Positions 37,725 through 48,600 of a DNA stretch of 64,000 nt are shown here, piece after piece; position 1 is the first letter of the stretch; every line of letters begins with the position of its first letter. The DNA comes from Macrostomum hystrix (Eukaryota; Animalia; Platyhelminthes). Position numbers and translations under genes: made by a program. The notes under the pieces were generated by a model, which was not told the DNA's origin, did not search any database, and saw nothing but the letters and a program-made list of their open reading frames with translations. The stretch lies in contig CATNEN010000003.1 of assembly GCA_950097015.1 (NCBI GenBank), positions 12,896,001 to 12,960,000 of the forward strand, given 5' to 3'.

Positions 37725-38365
37725 ACTTGAAGGTCGGGGGTTCGATTCTTAATAATAATAACTGCCGGAGGGCTGCGGGCAGTGGCACATCATTCGGTGA
37801 CACTAGACCCGCAGCCAGCGAGGAGGCAATTCTGCCCATTTCGCTGGCTCCTGAGCACACAAGCACGCAGATACTGTAGGCAGGTACACGCTCACACAGG
37901 TGTGTACATCTGCCCTGACTTTTTCATCATCAGGCAGTGTACACTCTCACTGTTCCTTGGAGGTTGGCCCTTAAGGGTGTAAAATTGCACGACAAGCCCC
38001 CAAGCCTTCTCTCCGCGCCAAGCCTGCGCACTGCGCTTCCGCAGTGGCCTCGCTGCGGAATCGAACTTAGGGACCTTGGTGCGAGAGGCAAACGCGTTAG
38101 CCGCTCTGCCACTCACCCTCAGGGTTCGATTCCCGACTCCACTGGAACAATCCACTGGAGTCATTTAGCAAGACACTTGACTCTGCAGTGCTTCAGTCCC
38201 AGCTGTTAAATGGGTACCAGTATCATCTGGGGCAATCGAGGGTGGGTATGGCGTTCCCCCAGTCCATGGACTGAACAGCCGTGCGCAGCCTTCAGATGCG
38301 CGGCGCAATAGCTGCGGCTTTGCTGTCGGCTGCCCATCTGGCTTAATAAAGAATTAAAAATAATA
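37725..38365 (+). mobile_element. tRNA-derived CORE-type SINE (family B), interrupted by a family A SINE
   Basis: B-box ggttcgattc. Segment gagtcatttagcaagacacttgactctgcagtgcttcagtcccagctgttaaatggg resembles the MIR/CORE domain. The 3' part (cagtccatggactg..cagatgcgc..gcaatagctgc..tgctgtcggctgc..catctggctt) is shared with 60557-60812. Confidence 0.65.
37749..38121 (-). mobile_element. Full-length tRNA-derived SINE (family A) with 11-bp TSD
   Basis: Minus strand: A-box TGGCAGAGCGG, B-box GTTCGATTCC, body, (TTA)n tail. Flanked by gggttcgattc at 37738-37748 and 38122-38132. Confidence 0.82.
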
Positions 38366-38934
38366 TACTGCATCTATGTGTGCTTAGGGCAATGAATAGG
38401 CAGAGTTTAACTGACCAGCTGTGCGACACTTTAACATTGAAAAGCATTCAGTTTTACTGCAGTCCAGACTATGGCAGTGGAATTTCTGCAGACAGAAAAA
38501 AATAGTTTAAAGGGCAACCAGGGAATCCTGTTTACAAAAATAAAAAATTCATTTAGCAAATATGGATCGAATGCACTGAATGCTGTTTTTTTCAGGTACT
38601 CAAAAAAGCTTTTACCTAAAAATGCCTGTTCAAAAACCTGCTCAAAAAGAAAAAAAATCCGCTGCACTTGAAAATGCAGCGAATAATTAGCTTAAGCATT
38701 GTTAAGACTACCAGAATTGTCGGAATTTTACTCTGATTATTTTACATTGTACTCGTAATTAAATTATTACATTTTCTATTTTAGCGTGTCCTGGGCTCGC
38801 TACGCTCGTAAAACTTGTTTCTAATTAACTTTGATGAATTTCTGCTAATTTCTCTTTCACAAAAATTCTAAAACAGGCTCAATGACAAGTCACTGATGTC
38901 TATGTTCTTCCCCAAAACTTCCTCACTCTGCCCT

Positions 38935-39291
38935 AACCAACTCACTCTCCCCTGACCTACTCACTCTCCCCTGACCTACTCACTCTCCCCTGACCTACTC
39001 ACTCTCCCCTGACCAACTCACTCTCCCCTGACCTACTCACTCTCCCCTGACCTACTCACTCTCCCCTGACCTACTCACTCTCCCTTGACCTACTCACTCT
39101 CCCCTGACCTACTCCCTCTCCCCTGACCTACTCACTCTCCCCTGACCTACTCACTCTCCCCTGACCTACTCCCTCTCCCCTGACCTACTCACTCTCCCCT
39201 GACCTACTCCCTCTCCCCTGACCTACTCACTCTCCCCTGACCTACTCACTCTCCCCTGACCTACTCACTCTCCCCTGACCTACTCCCTCTC
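38935..39291. repeat. 19-bp (cctactcactctcccctga)n array; contains the duplication/Helitron junction
   Basis: Same unit at 48955-49270 and 51946-53165. Confidence 0.93.
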
Positions 39292-42200
39292 TAAGATCTG
39301 TCTGTCCATCTGAAACGCTCTAGCGAATGAATGGCTAGACCAATTTTTTTCCTGTTTTCACCAAAAAGTGCCAACTCATCCAAGGATTAGACTGATCAAA
39401 TTTCATCATTCTGTCTCAATGCCAAGGGTATTAAATATTCGAAAAACGAGTTTTTCTATTGCTTTCAATAGGAGGCCAAACAAGGTTAAATTAGAATAGG
39501 GCTGGACACTGTCAGTTTTATTAGATTGCATCGGTGCTTTTTCTCGCCCGCGCGTGCATTGGTATAGCACTGAACAGGGCCCGATACTTCTCAATTGAAT
39601 AGAATTGCGTCACTGCTTTTCGACCCGTACGTGCGTTAAAAAATTTTTCTCTTGGCTGATTGGGTGATTTCATTTGAATAAGTAAAACGTACATAGCAGA
39701 TTTCAATGAGGGAAAGGGAGTTTGTTGGCTCACTTGGCAATGTGCAAAGGCATGTGTACCCCTGGCATCAGTCTACAGTCTGATTTGTAAGTGAATTGCG
39801 TTATTGCTGTCCAACAGGCCCACTGCCTCAGCACTCTCCTGTTCTCCTGTGTGTACATTTCTACTTTCTATCCCTGCCGGGTGTCAATGGGTGATTGTGT
39901 CATCCGACTGCGTCAGTCAGTTAATATATAACTGACTACTGTATCTTCAGCGAAATGTTTTCACTCCACTCCTCAAAGCTCTTAATCACTCAATCCTGCA
40001 ATAATTTCTAAGATAAGTTACTGTTATTGTTATTATTTTTATTTATACTGTTCATTATTGTTAATAATATTTGTACGCACTCGTGCTCTTATCTACTCGT
40101 ATCTTAAAGTACAATCCATCCATATTCAGTCAGTCAGTCAGTCAGTCAGTCAGTCAGTCAGTTGTTACAATGGCAAAGCGTGGTGCCAAAAGTGCATTGC
40201 AGAAGAGTCGCGAGGCAAAGCGACGTCGTCGAGAAGAGACCGCTGAGTCCCGAGAGCAGCGCCTGCAGAAGGACAAAGAGCGGTTGGCTCGGCGCAGGAC
40301 TGGTGAATCACCAGAAGAAAGGAACGCTCGTCTGCAGGCCGACAAAGAGCGTTCGGAGCTGCGCAGGTCTGCCGAGACAGAAGCCGAGCGAGTTGCCCGC
40401 CTGCAGGCCGACAAAGAGCGCTCGGAGCTGCGCAGGTCTGCTGAGACGGAAGCCGAGCGAGTTGCCCGCCTGCAGGCCGACAAAGAGCGCTCGAGTCAGC
40501 GAAGGGCTGAAGAATCTGAATCGCAGCGAGACGATCGACTAAGCTCGAATCTCTCGTACTATCGGACATCACTTGAGCCGGAGCAAAGCTTCAGGTAGGA
40601 CGATGAAATTGGTTTTGAATTAGAAACTTTTGAGATTGAGATTGAGATTTAGAAATTTAATTAACTTAAGAGCTCGCCATTTATGGTTTTTTATCTCCAG
40701 ATTGAAATCCCCCCAAGGGCTTCATGGGTACATGGTAGATCCGTAACTTTGAACATATCTGCTGCTCATTTATGAAGGTTTCAGAACTTTAATGCATCGG
40801 AAAGGTTTACGGGACGCACACATAACAAGCGCACGATTTTAAGAGGGAGAGTTTAAACTGTTGCTGAGTATACGAGCGTATATGCAGATTATATTTGTTA
40901 AGTGCTTTCAGTATTTTTTGTTTCAGAATAGTTGACGTGCAATATTTTTTCAGTCAACGATTTTTCTGCACAAATATTTCGTTAGTTTTTTTAGTAAAAT
41001 TGTCATAAGCAAGGATTTCAGATTTCAGAAAGTGCCTTGCAAATACATCAAATGTATTTGTGCGGTTTGATAACATTTTAATGACTTTTTAATATTTTAC
41101 ATACCAGTAATCCATTTGATTTCGATAATTTTGATTTCGCAGCCTTCAGCCACTGCCTCAGAGTTTGCCTCTAAGTGCAACTCAGGTTACCAGGGTCCGC
41201 GGTGATGGCAACTGCTGGTTTCACGCCATCTCTGACCAGCTGATTGGCACTCCAATCTACATGGACCACCAGCAACTCCGGCGCACCATAGCTGCCAATG
41301 CGAGACCGCTGCTGGAAGCTCAGCAGGCCACACTGCAGGCTATTGGGCTGACAGTGGACAGAGTGGTAGCTGAGACTCAGCGCGATGGAGTTGATGTGCA
41401 TGAGCACATTGCACCCATATTGAACCAGCTGCTGGATGTGGACTATGTCATCTATCAGTATGCTGACCGTGACAGAAGGCAGCTCCAGCTGGTTCAGCAA
41501 GTTTCAGCTGCTAGGAGGCCTGCGGCTGCTGTGGTGCGGCTTCTCTATGATCGCCATGGTGAACACTACGAGTCTCTGCGCTTCGTGACTGCTGGGTGAG
41601 TTCAGTTCTGGAGTTTTTCGCTTTCAAAATCAGCCTAATGATGACAATGATGAGTACGAAAATCACATCCGAAAGGACTATCCAACTTTTTGTTTATTGA
41701 AATCAAGAGCCGAGAACTCATCGAGTCCGGCGCCGCCATGTGCTTCTGTTGGGAATTCCGAGAAGCCTACCGGTGAATTCAGTGCAGGATCAGCTGTTCC
41801 AGATCATTCGGCTGATGACCCTGGGTGAATAATAAATTGATTCTAATTTGTGGGAAATTCAGTTGTAAATAAGACGTGAACAAGTAATCATAACAGCAGG
41901 CAATTCCTACCCCTTTTTCACTCCACCCAACAGCTGGGCCCAATCGACACCACTGCGTGCCGGCGCTGAGGGGAATTTGGAGCTGCCGGCTGCCAGTGTC
42001 GCATCCGATATTCCCGAGTTGTCAGATGATGATGCTGGGTGGGTTTGTGCATCGCTTCAAAACCATCGTTGATAGATTTTGCTTTTTTACTTGCTTTGTA
42101 CTCTTTCTTTCTTTGCAAAACTTAGTAGGTTTAATGCATGGGATAATTTATTAGAAGTAAAACTTTAGGAATGCATTTTATTCTTCTGGTATGAAATATA

Positions 42201-43957
42201 GACTTTCCCCATACACCACAGAGCCCATGCCGCAGCCAGGCTAGAACCCCAGACTCATCAGCTCGGCCGCATGAGCAAGCCATGCCAGCACTGCCACGCC
42301 TTGGTCTGGAAGGGAGAGCCGCCAGGAATCTGCTGTGCAGCCGGCAAGGTGAAGATGCCTGCAAAGACGGTGCCGCAGGTCCTGCTGGATTTGTTCCTTG
42401 GTCGCCACCCTGAGAGCCCTGATTTCTTGGCCAACATCAGGAGCTACAATGCCGTTCTGCACCTCACCTCGCTGAAGGCAAAGTTGCGATCGTTCCAAGG
42501 CTTCTGTCCCAATTACGTAATCAGTGGAGAGCTGGTGCACACCATCCCGCCTTTGTATGCCCGTGCTAATGATGTGCGTCACGGCTGGCAGGTGTACTTC
42601 GTTGACAATGAGCTGCAGTCCCGCCTGAGACTCAGCAAGAAAGTCAATGAGCAGCTGCTGGCACTGTTGCAGGCTGTGCTGCACGACTGCAACGAGTATG
42701 TCCGGAGCCTGAAGGCTGCAGTTCAGCGGATTAGCGAACAGCCCGAATTGAAAGATGCTCGGATCGTGATCTATCCCGACCGCCGACCTGCTGACGAGCA
42801 CATTCGGTGAGTTTTGCTGATGGGTTTCTGTTTTCTAAGGAATATCGGATTGATAAGTTTCGTCCTACAGTAAATTGAATAATTTTAAGCTTGTCTATAT
42901 TTATCTTGACTTTCTAATTTACTAATTGATTTTAAAGTTCTGCTTTCTTTTTTGCTCTTGTTAAAAGTAATTTTCAGCTCCTAGATAGATAGACTATTTC
43001 TTTTTTACTCCCAAGGCGCTATAATCTACCCGAAGCAAGCGAAGTTGGCATACTCGTTGTCGGAGATGCTTCCGACAGGGCCATGACTTCTCGTGACGTA
43101 GTTATTGAGCTTCAACGTCCTGATGAAGACCGCAGGCGTCTGCTCTCAGTGTCTGTGACGCATCGATCATACGATGCCCTGCAGTACGTGCTGTTCTTGC
43201 CGTATGGACAGGACGGGTGGCACCCAGAGTTGAGGATGACGAACGGGGGCAAGCTGACGCCTCGCAAATACTACGCCAGCGAGATCATGGTGCGGCCCGG
43301 CCTGTTCAATGCGCTTCACTACGGCCGCCGCCTGCTTCAGCAGTACCTGGTTGATCAATGCTCGAAAATCGAGTGCGAGAGACTGACCTATCTCCGCACC
43401 CACCAGGATGACCTCCGCAGCGAGACGTACAGCGGCCTGCGCGATGCCCTGTTTGCAGAGGACGGGCTGCGGAACGCAGCGGATCCTAATGAGGTCGGCA
43501 AGCCAGTGTTTCTGTCATCAAGTTTCGTGGGCGGTCCCCGGTACATGATGGAGCGGCTGCAGGATGCAATGGCCTACGTCCAAAAATTTGGTAAGCCGGA
43601 CCTGTTTGTGACGGCCACCTGCAACCCGAAGTGGCAGGAGATCAGCGACGAGCTGCTGCCGGGACAGAAGCCGGAGGACCGGCCGGACATTGTCAGCCGC
43701 GTGTTTGAGCTGAAGAAGAAAGCTCTGATGGCGCGACTGAAGAAACTATGTGGTCAGGTCTCCGCGCATGTGTGTTCTCTAGAGTACCAGAAGCGCGGTG
43801 AGTCCGTTGTTATAGAAAATTATTTTTTATGAAGCTATTTTGATTGCTTTTCTGGCTCTGCCTTGATTTATGTCGGCTTGAAAGATGTGCGTGCTTTTTA
43901 TTTCAATTAAGTCATTCAAGTTGTTAGATGAAAATGAAGATTCTAATTGCCTAAATA
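39292..43957 (+). mobile_element. 3'-truncated Helitron (5' part of an autonomous element)
   Basis: Unique sequence between the two duplicates, carrying RepHel N-terminal exons. Possible A|TC 5' end at 39296/39297 followed by tctgtctgtc...aatggctagaccaatttt, resembling Helitron 5' regions. No helicase and no 3' hairpin-CTRR seen. Confidence 0.8.
40170..43797 (+). pseudogene. Truncated Helitron RepHel ORF: charged-repeat exon (40170-40594), OTU exon (~41143-41595), Cys-rich exon (~42223-42806), Rep exon (43016-43797)
   Basis: Charged E/R repeats ESPEERNARLQADKER. OTU motif VRGDGNCWFHAISDQL..HYESL. CQHCHAL..GE..CCAAGK. RRYNLP..YDALQY..SFVGGPRYM..DAMAYV..GKPDLFVTATCNPKW.EI..RPDIVSRVF..EYQKRG|gt. 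The HUH-bearing next exon is absent. Confidence 0.88.
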
Positions 43958-44459
43958 AGTCTTGACTAGAACTGAAAGGCCCGGTCCCTATCAGGCCCAC
44001 AAAGTTCAATACACGCTCGCAATATATGCAGATATTTAGTACAAGGCCTCGCCTCGAGGGAACGGGAGCAAAAAAGAGAAGAAGACAGGAAAATGTGAGA
44101 AGGCGGAGGCAATGAGCCGGTTGCTCCAAAAAGGCGTATCCCGAAACGAGAGCGCTTGACAGCCTTCTAAACGATTAGCTCAAGAGCAGTACTCTTAAAA
44201 GTGCGGTCAAGCGAAATAAAAAACTCCTTCTACTAAAAGTCCCCTTCTACTAAAAGTGATAAAACGCTAGTCTTTCCGAGTTCTCGAATAGGAATCACGA
44301 AGATCGCTAATTCCTTGAGCTCAGAGCCAAAAAATTGATCCACCTGTTGCATATAGAGTTGCTTAGACGAATCCGTTCTTTGAAATCCTTTAGCTGAAAT
44401 ACGTCACGGCTGCAGGACCTTTGTCTCTCTCCCGCGGCCCACCTGTCTCTCCCTTGCGG

Positions 44460-45252
44460 CCTGCCAGCACCCGCCACCCCACTATAGCGCCTTTCCCTCG
44501 CGACCTGTCAGCACCCCAACCCCACTATATTGTCTCTCTCGCAGCCTGCCAGCACCCACCACCCCACTATAGTGTCTTTCTCTCGCAGCCAGCCAGCACA
44601 CACCACCCCACTATAGTGTCTCTCTCTCGTAGCCCGCCAGCAACCACAACCCCACTATAGTGTCTCTCTCTCTCGCAGCCCGCCAGCACCCACCACCCCA
44701 CTATAGTGTCCTTCTCTCGCAGCCAGCCAGCACCCACCACCCCACTATAGTGTCTTTCTCTTGCAGCCAGCCAGCACCCACCACCCCCACTATAGTGTCT
44801 CTCTCTCTCTCGCAGCCAGCCAGTACCAACCACCCCACTATAGTGTCTCTCTCTCTCGCAGCCCGCCAGCACCCACCACCCCACTATAGTGTCCTTCTCT
44901 CGCAGCCCACCAGCACCCACCACCCCCACTATAGTGTCTTTCTCTCGCAGCCAGCCAGCACCCACCACCCCACTATAGTGTCTTTCTCTTGCAGCCAGCC
45001 AGCACCCACCACCCCCACTATAGTGTCTCTCTCTCTCTCGCAGCCAGCCAGTACCAACCACCCCACTATAGTGTCTCTCTCTGTCGCAGCCCGCCAGCAC
45101 CCACCACCCCACTATAGCGTCTCTCTCTCGTAGCCCGCCAGCACCCACCACCCCACTATAGTGTCTTTCTCTCGCAGCCAGCCAGCACCCAACACCCCCA
45201 CTATAGTGTCTCTCTCTGTCGCAGCCCGCCAGCACCCACCACCCCCACTACA
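44460..45252. repeat. About 45-bp cactatagtg-core minisatellite (copy B)
   Basis: Tandem units. Confidence 0.93.
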
Positions 45253-45619
45253 GCACCTCTTCCTTGGGGCCTGCCACCACCCTACACGCCACTATAGCAC
45301 CTTTCTCTCGCGGCGTGGGCTGTCAGCACCCAGTCGTATGGCAATTTTTACGGCTTGCATGCTGTATATTTTTATTGTTCGCAATAACTGTACAAGTAAT
45401 AATTTAAAAATATACAACAGCAAAAAACAAATAAACCGCTAGTTAATATTTTATAAGATTAAATCAATAAAAATGCTTGTGTCATTAGTGCCATTATAGA
45501 AATTTCGGAATAGAATAATGTTGGATTTTATTTAATTAACGTTACATTTTACTGCCGCTTGTTGCCTTGCAATGGAATAGTTTTACAAGTTTTCACACAA
45601 TAGAAATCAGGTGTTAGTG

Positions 45620-48600
45620 TCAGACGCCGATGTCTTCCATTCCAATCGATCTATTGTGAAACCCGAAGCCGCCAGAAATGACGGTAGCTGAGCCGTAAAG
45701 ATGATAAGCATTCAGCTGACTCAACTTGTTCAATGCCACACCGTTGCCATTGCCGCCACTGACACCATTAGCTGCGACTGGTCCAGAGGTGCCTCGGACT
45801 TCGTCGACATTGTGCGCCGAGTCGTTGCCGCTGCCGTCACCGCCGCCGCCGGCCACGCTGGACTCCTCGTCAGGCGAGCAGCCGCAGATGCCCTTCTTCT
45901 TGATGGCCTTCATCATCAGGCCGGAGAAACGACGCGGACGCACCCTGCTGGCGAAGTAGCGCTTCTCTTCCAGCAGGCACAGTTGGTCCAGGGTGCCGAT
46001 GTTGTGCTCAAACAGGTCGGCTCCGATAAGTTCCTCCTCCACTGTCATGCGAATACCCATCGTCACCTTCAGCAGCTGAGGGAATAGGGATATTGTGAGG
46101 AGGCTTTAAGTGAGGCTTGTGTGGAATGAAGTGGACTTGTTGTGGAGTGAGGTGGGTGTGGAGTGAGTTGGTTGTGGAGTGAGGTGGGTGTGGAGTGAGT
46201 TGGTTGTGGAGTGAGGTGGGTGTAGAGTGAGTTGGTTGTGGAGTGAGGTGGGTGTGGAGTGAGTTGGTTGTGAATTGAGGCTTGCGTTGAGTGAGGTAGG
46301 CGTGCAGTGAGGTGGCTGTGAAGTGAGGTGGGTGTGGAAGGAGGTAGTTGTTAAGTGTGGTGGTGTGGAGCGAGGTGGGTGAGGAGTGAGGTGGGTGTCA
46401 AGTGAAGGGTATGTGAAGTAAGGCTTGGGTGGAGTGAGGTGGGTGTGGAGTGAGGTGGGTGTGGAGTGAGGTGGGTGTGGAGTGAGGATAGTGTGGAGCG
46501 ACGTGGGTGTCTAATGAAGTGGGTGTGTTACGGACGTAATTAAAAAAGTTCATTGCAAAGCTATGGGAGTTTACGAATAACAAATGGCACGCGAGAATTT
46601 TTAGTAAGCACATTCTTTTCGTTCTATTAGAAAATGAATGTGTGCCTGACGAAATAACCTAATTAGTGTGACTACAATACTGATACGTGATCGCCTCATG
46701 CATGGAATATGAAAATCTCATTAGTCTGCTGGATTTTTTGGATTAAAAGAAAGACAGATAATAAAAGCCATCATGCGGATTCTGGACTAGTTTTATTATT
46801 TAAGGCTCGTTCGTGATTATTTATTGCCTCGCTGAGAAACTTAGGAAATATGAGAAAGATAGAGAGACTATGAGAAAGATAGAGAGACTATGAGAAAGAT
46901 AGAGAGATAATGAGAAAGATAGAGAGACTATGAGAAAGATAGAGAGACTATGAGAAAGATAGAGAGACTATGAGAATGATAGAGAGGCTATGAGAAAGAT
47001 AGAAAGATAATGAGAAGATAGAGAGACTATGAGAAAGATAGAGAGATAATGAGAAAGATAGAGACTATGAGAAAGATAGAGAGATAATGAGAAAGATAGA
47101 GACTATGAGAAAGATAGAGAGACTATGAGAATGATAGAGGCTATGAGAAAGATAGAGAGGCAATGAGAAGATAGAGAGACTATGAGAAAGATAGAGAGGC
47201 TATGAGAAAGATAGAGAGACTATGAGAAAGATAGAGAGACTATGAGAAAGATAGAGAGGCTATGAGAAAGATAGAGAGACTATGAGACTTTGAAGTCAAA
47301 ATAAATAATGGCGGAAAAGAAACAGTTTATTTAAATAATATAGTCTCTAAGTATTTTATTTCTAGTTGATGCTATGACTTAAAATAGTTATCACAAAACT
47401 TTTTTATCAAGACAATAATCCCAAAAACAGCAGCAATGAGCCCGGTACCCACCCCCAGAGACAGGACGGTAATTAGCGCACTCCAACAGGCGATGCACAG
47501 GCAGGTGAACAGTTGAATGCCCAGCAGTTTAAAGCCGCCACCGTGTAGAAGTCCGATTTGGCCATTGTTCATATCGTCAAGGGGATCTTGGTCTACGAAA
47601 ATGCCGCATGCGATCATGCCCTGGGTTTGGTGAGGTTTTAACGGTGCTCAGGGCTATTGCGGAGCAACGACCAGTTGGACAAACTAAGATTTTATCTAAC
47701 GCGAACTTTCAACGCGTTTTAAAGAGGCTGTCACTCACACAACTCTCTACTTGAAGGTCGGGGGTTCGATTCTTAATAATAATAACTGCCGGAGGGCTGC
47801 GGGCAGTGGCACATCATTCGGTGACACTAGACCCGCAGCCAGCGAGGAGGCAATTCTGCCCATTTCGCTGGCTCCTGAGCACACAAGCACGCAGATACTG
47901 TAGGCAGGTACACGCTCACACAGGTGTGTACATCTGCCCTGACTTTTTCATCATCAGGCAGTGTACACTCTCACTGTTCCTTGGAGGTTGGCCCTTAAGG
48001 GTGTAAAATTGCACGACAAGCCCCCAAGCCTTCTCTCCGCGCCAAGCCTGCGCACTGCGCTTCCGCAGTGGCCTCGCTGCGGGATCGAACTTAGGGACCT
48101 TGGTGCGAGAGGCAAACGCGTTAGCCGCTCTGCCACTCACCCTCAGGGTTCGTTTCCCGACTCCACTGGAACAATCCACTGGAGTCATTTAGCAAGACAC
48201 TTGACTCTGCATTGCTTCAGTCCCAGCTGTTAAATGGGTACCAGTATCATCTGGGGCAATCGAGGGTGGGTATGGCGTTCCCCCAGTCCATGGACTGAAC
48301 AGCCGTGCGCAGCCTTCAGATGCGCGGCGCAATAGCTGCGGCTGTGCTGTCGGCTGCCCATCTGGCTTAATAAATAATTAAAAATAATATACTGCATCTA
48401 TGTGTGCTTAGGGCAATGAATAGGCAGAGTTTAACTGACCAGCTGTGCGACACTTTAACATTGAAAAGCATTCAGTTTTACTGCAGTCCAGACTATGGCA
48501 GTGGAATTTCTGCAGACAGAAAAAAATAGTTTAAAGGGCAACCAGGGAATCATGTTTACAAAAATAAAAAATTCATTTAGCAAATATGGATCGAATGCAC

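Larger units (their letters stand above)
32197..39291. repeat. Segmental duplicate (copy A) of 43958-~49270, covering the Amt 3' end and flank
   Basis: Identity begins at agtcttgactagaactgaaagg (32197 vs 43958). Same order of arrays, exons and nested SINEs with few SNPs. Ends inside the cctactcactctcccctga array. Confidence 0.95.

Noticed and set aside
37895-37960. Hammerhead-like CTGATGA..GAAA..GTC inside a SINE hairpin (minus strand; also about 1110-1155)
   Set aside because: No room for stem II or stem III between the core motifs; best read as a simple hairpin
38040-38120. tRNA gene
   Set aside because: A/B boxes continue into a SINE body with tail and TSD, and the sequence is multicopy
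38783-38825. Possible Helitron 3' hairpin (gggctcgctacgctcg)
   Set aside because: No terminal CTRR, present in both duplicates, and upstream of the Helitron rather than at its 3' end
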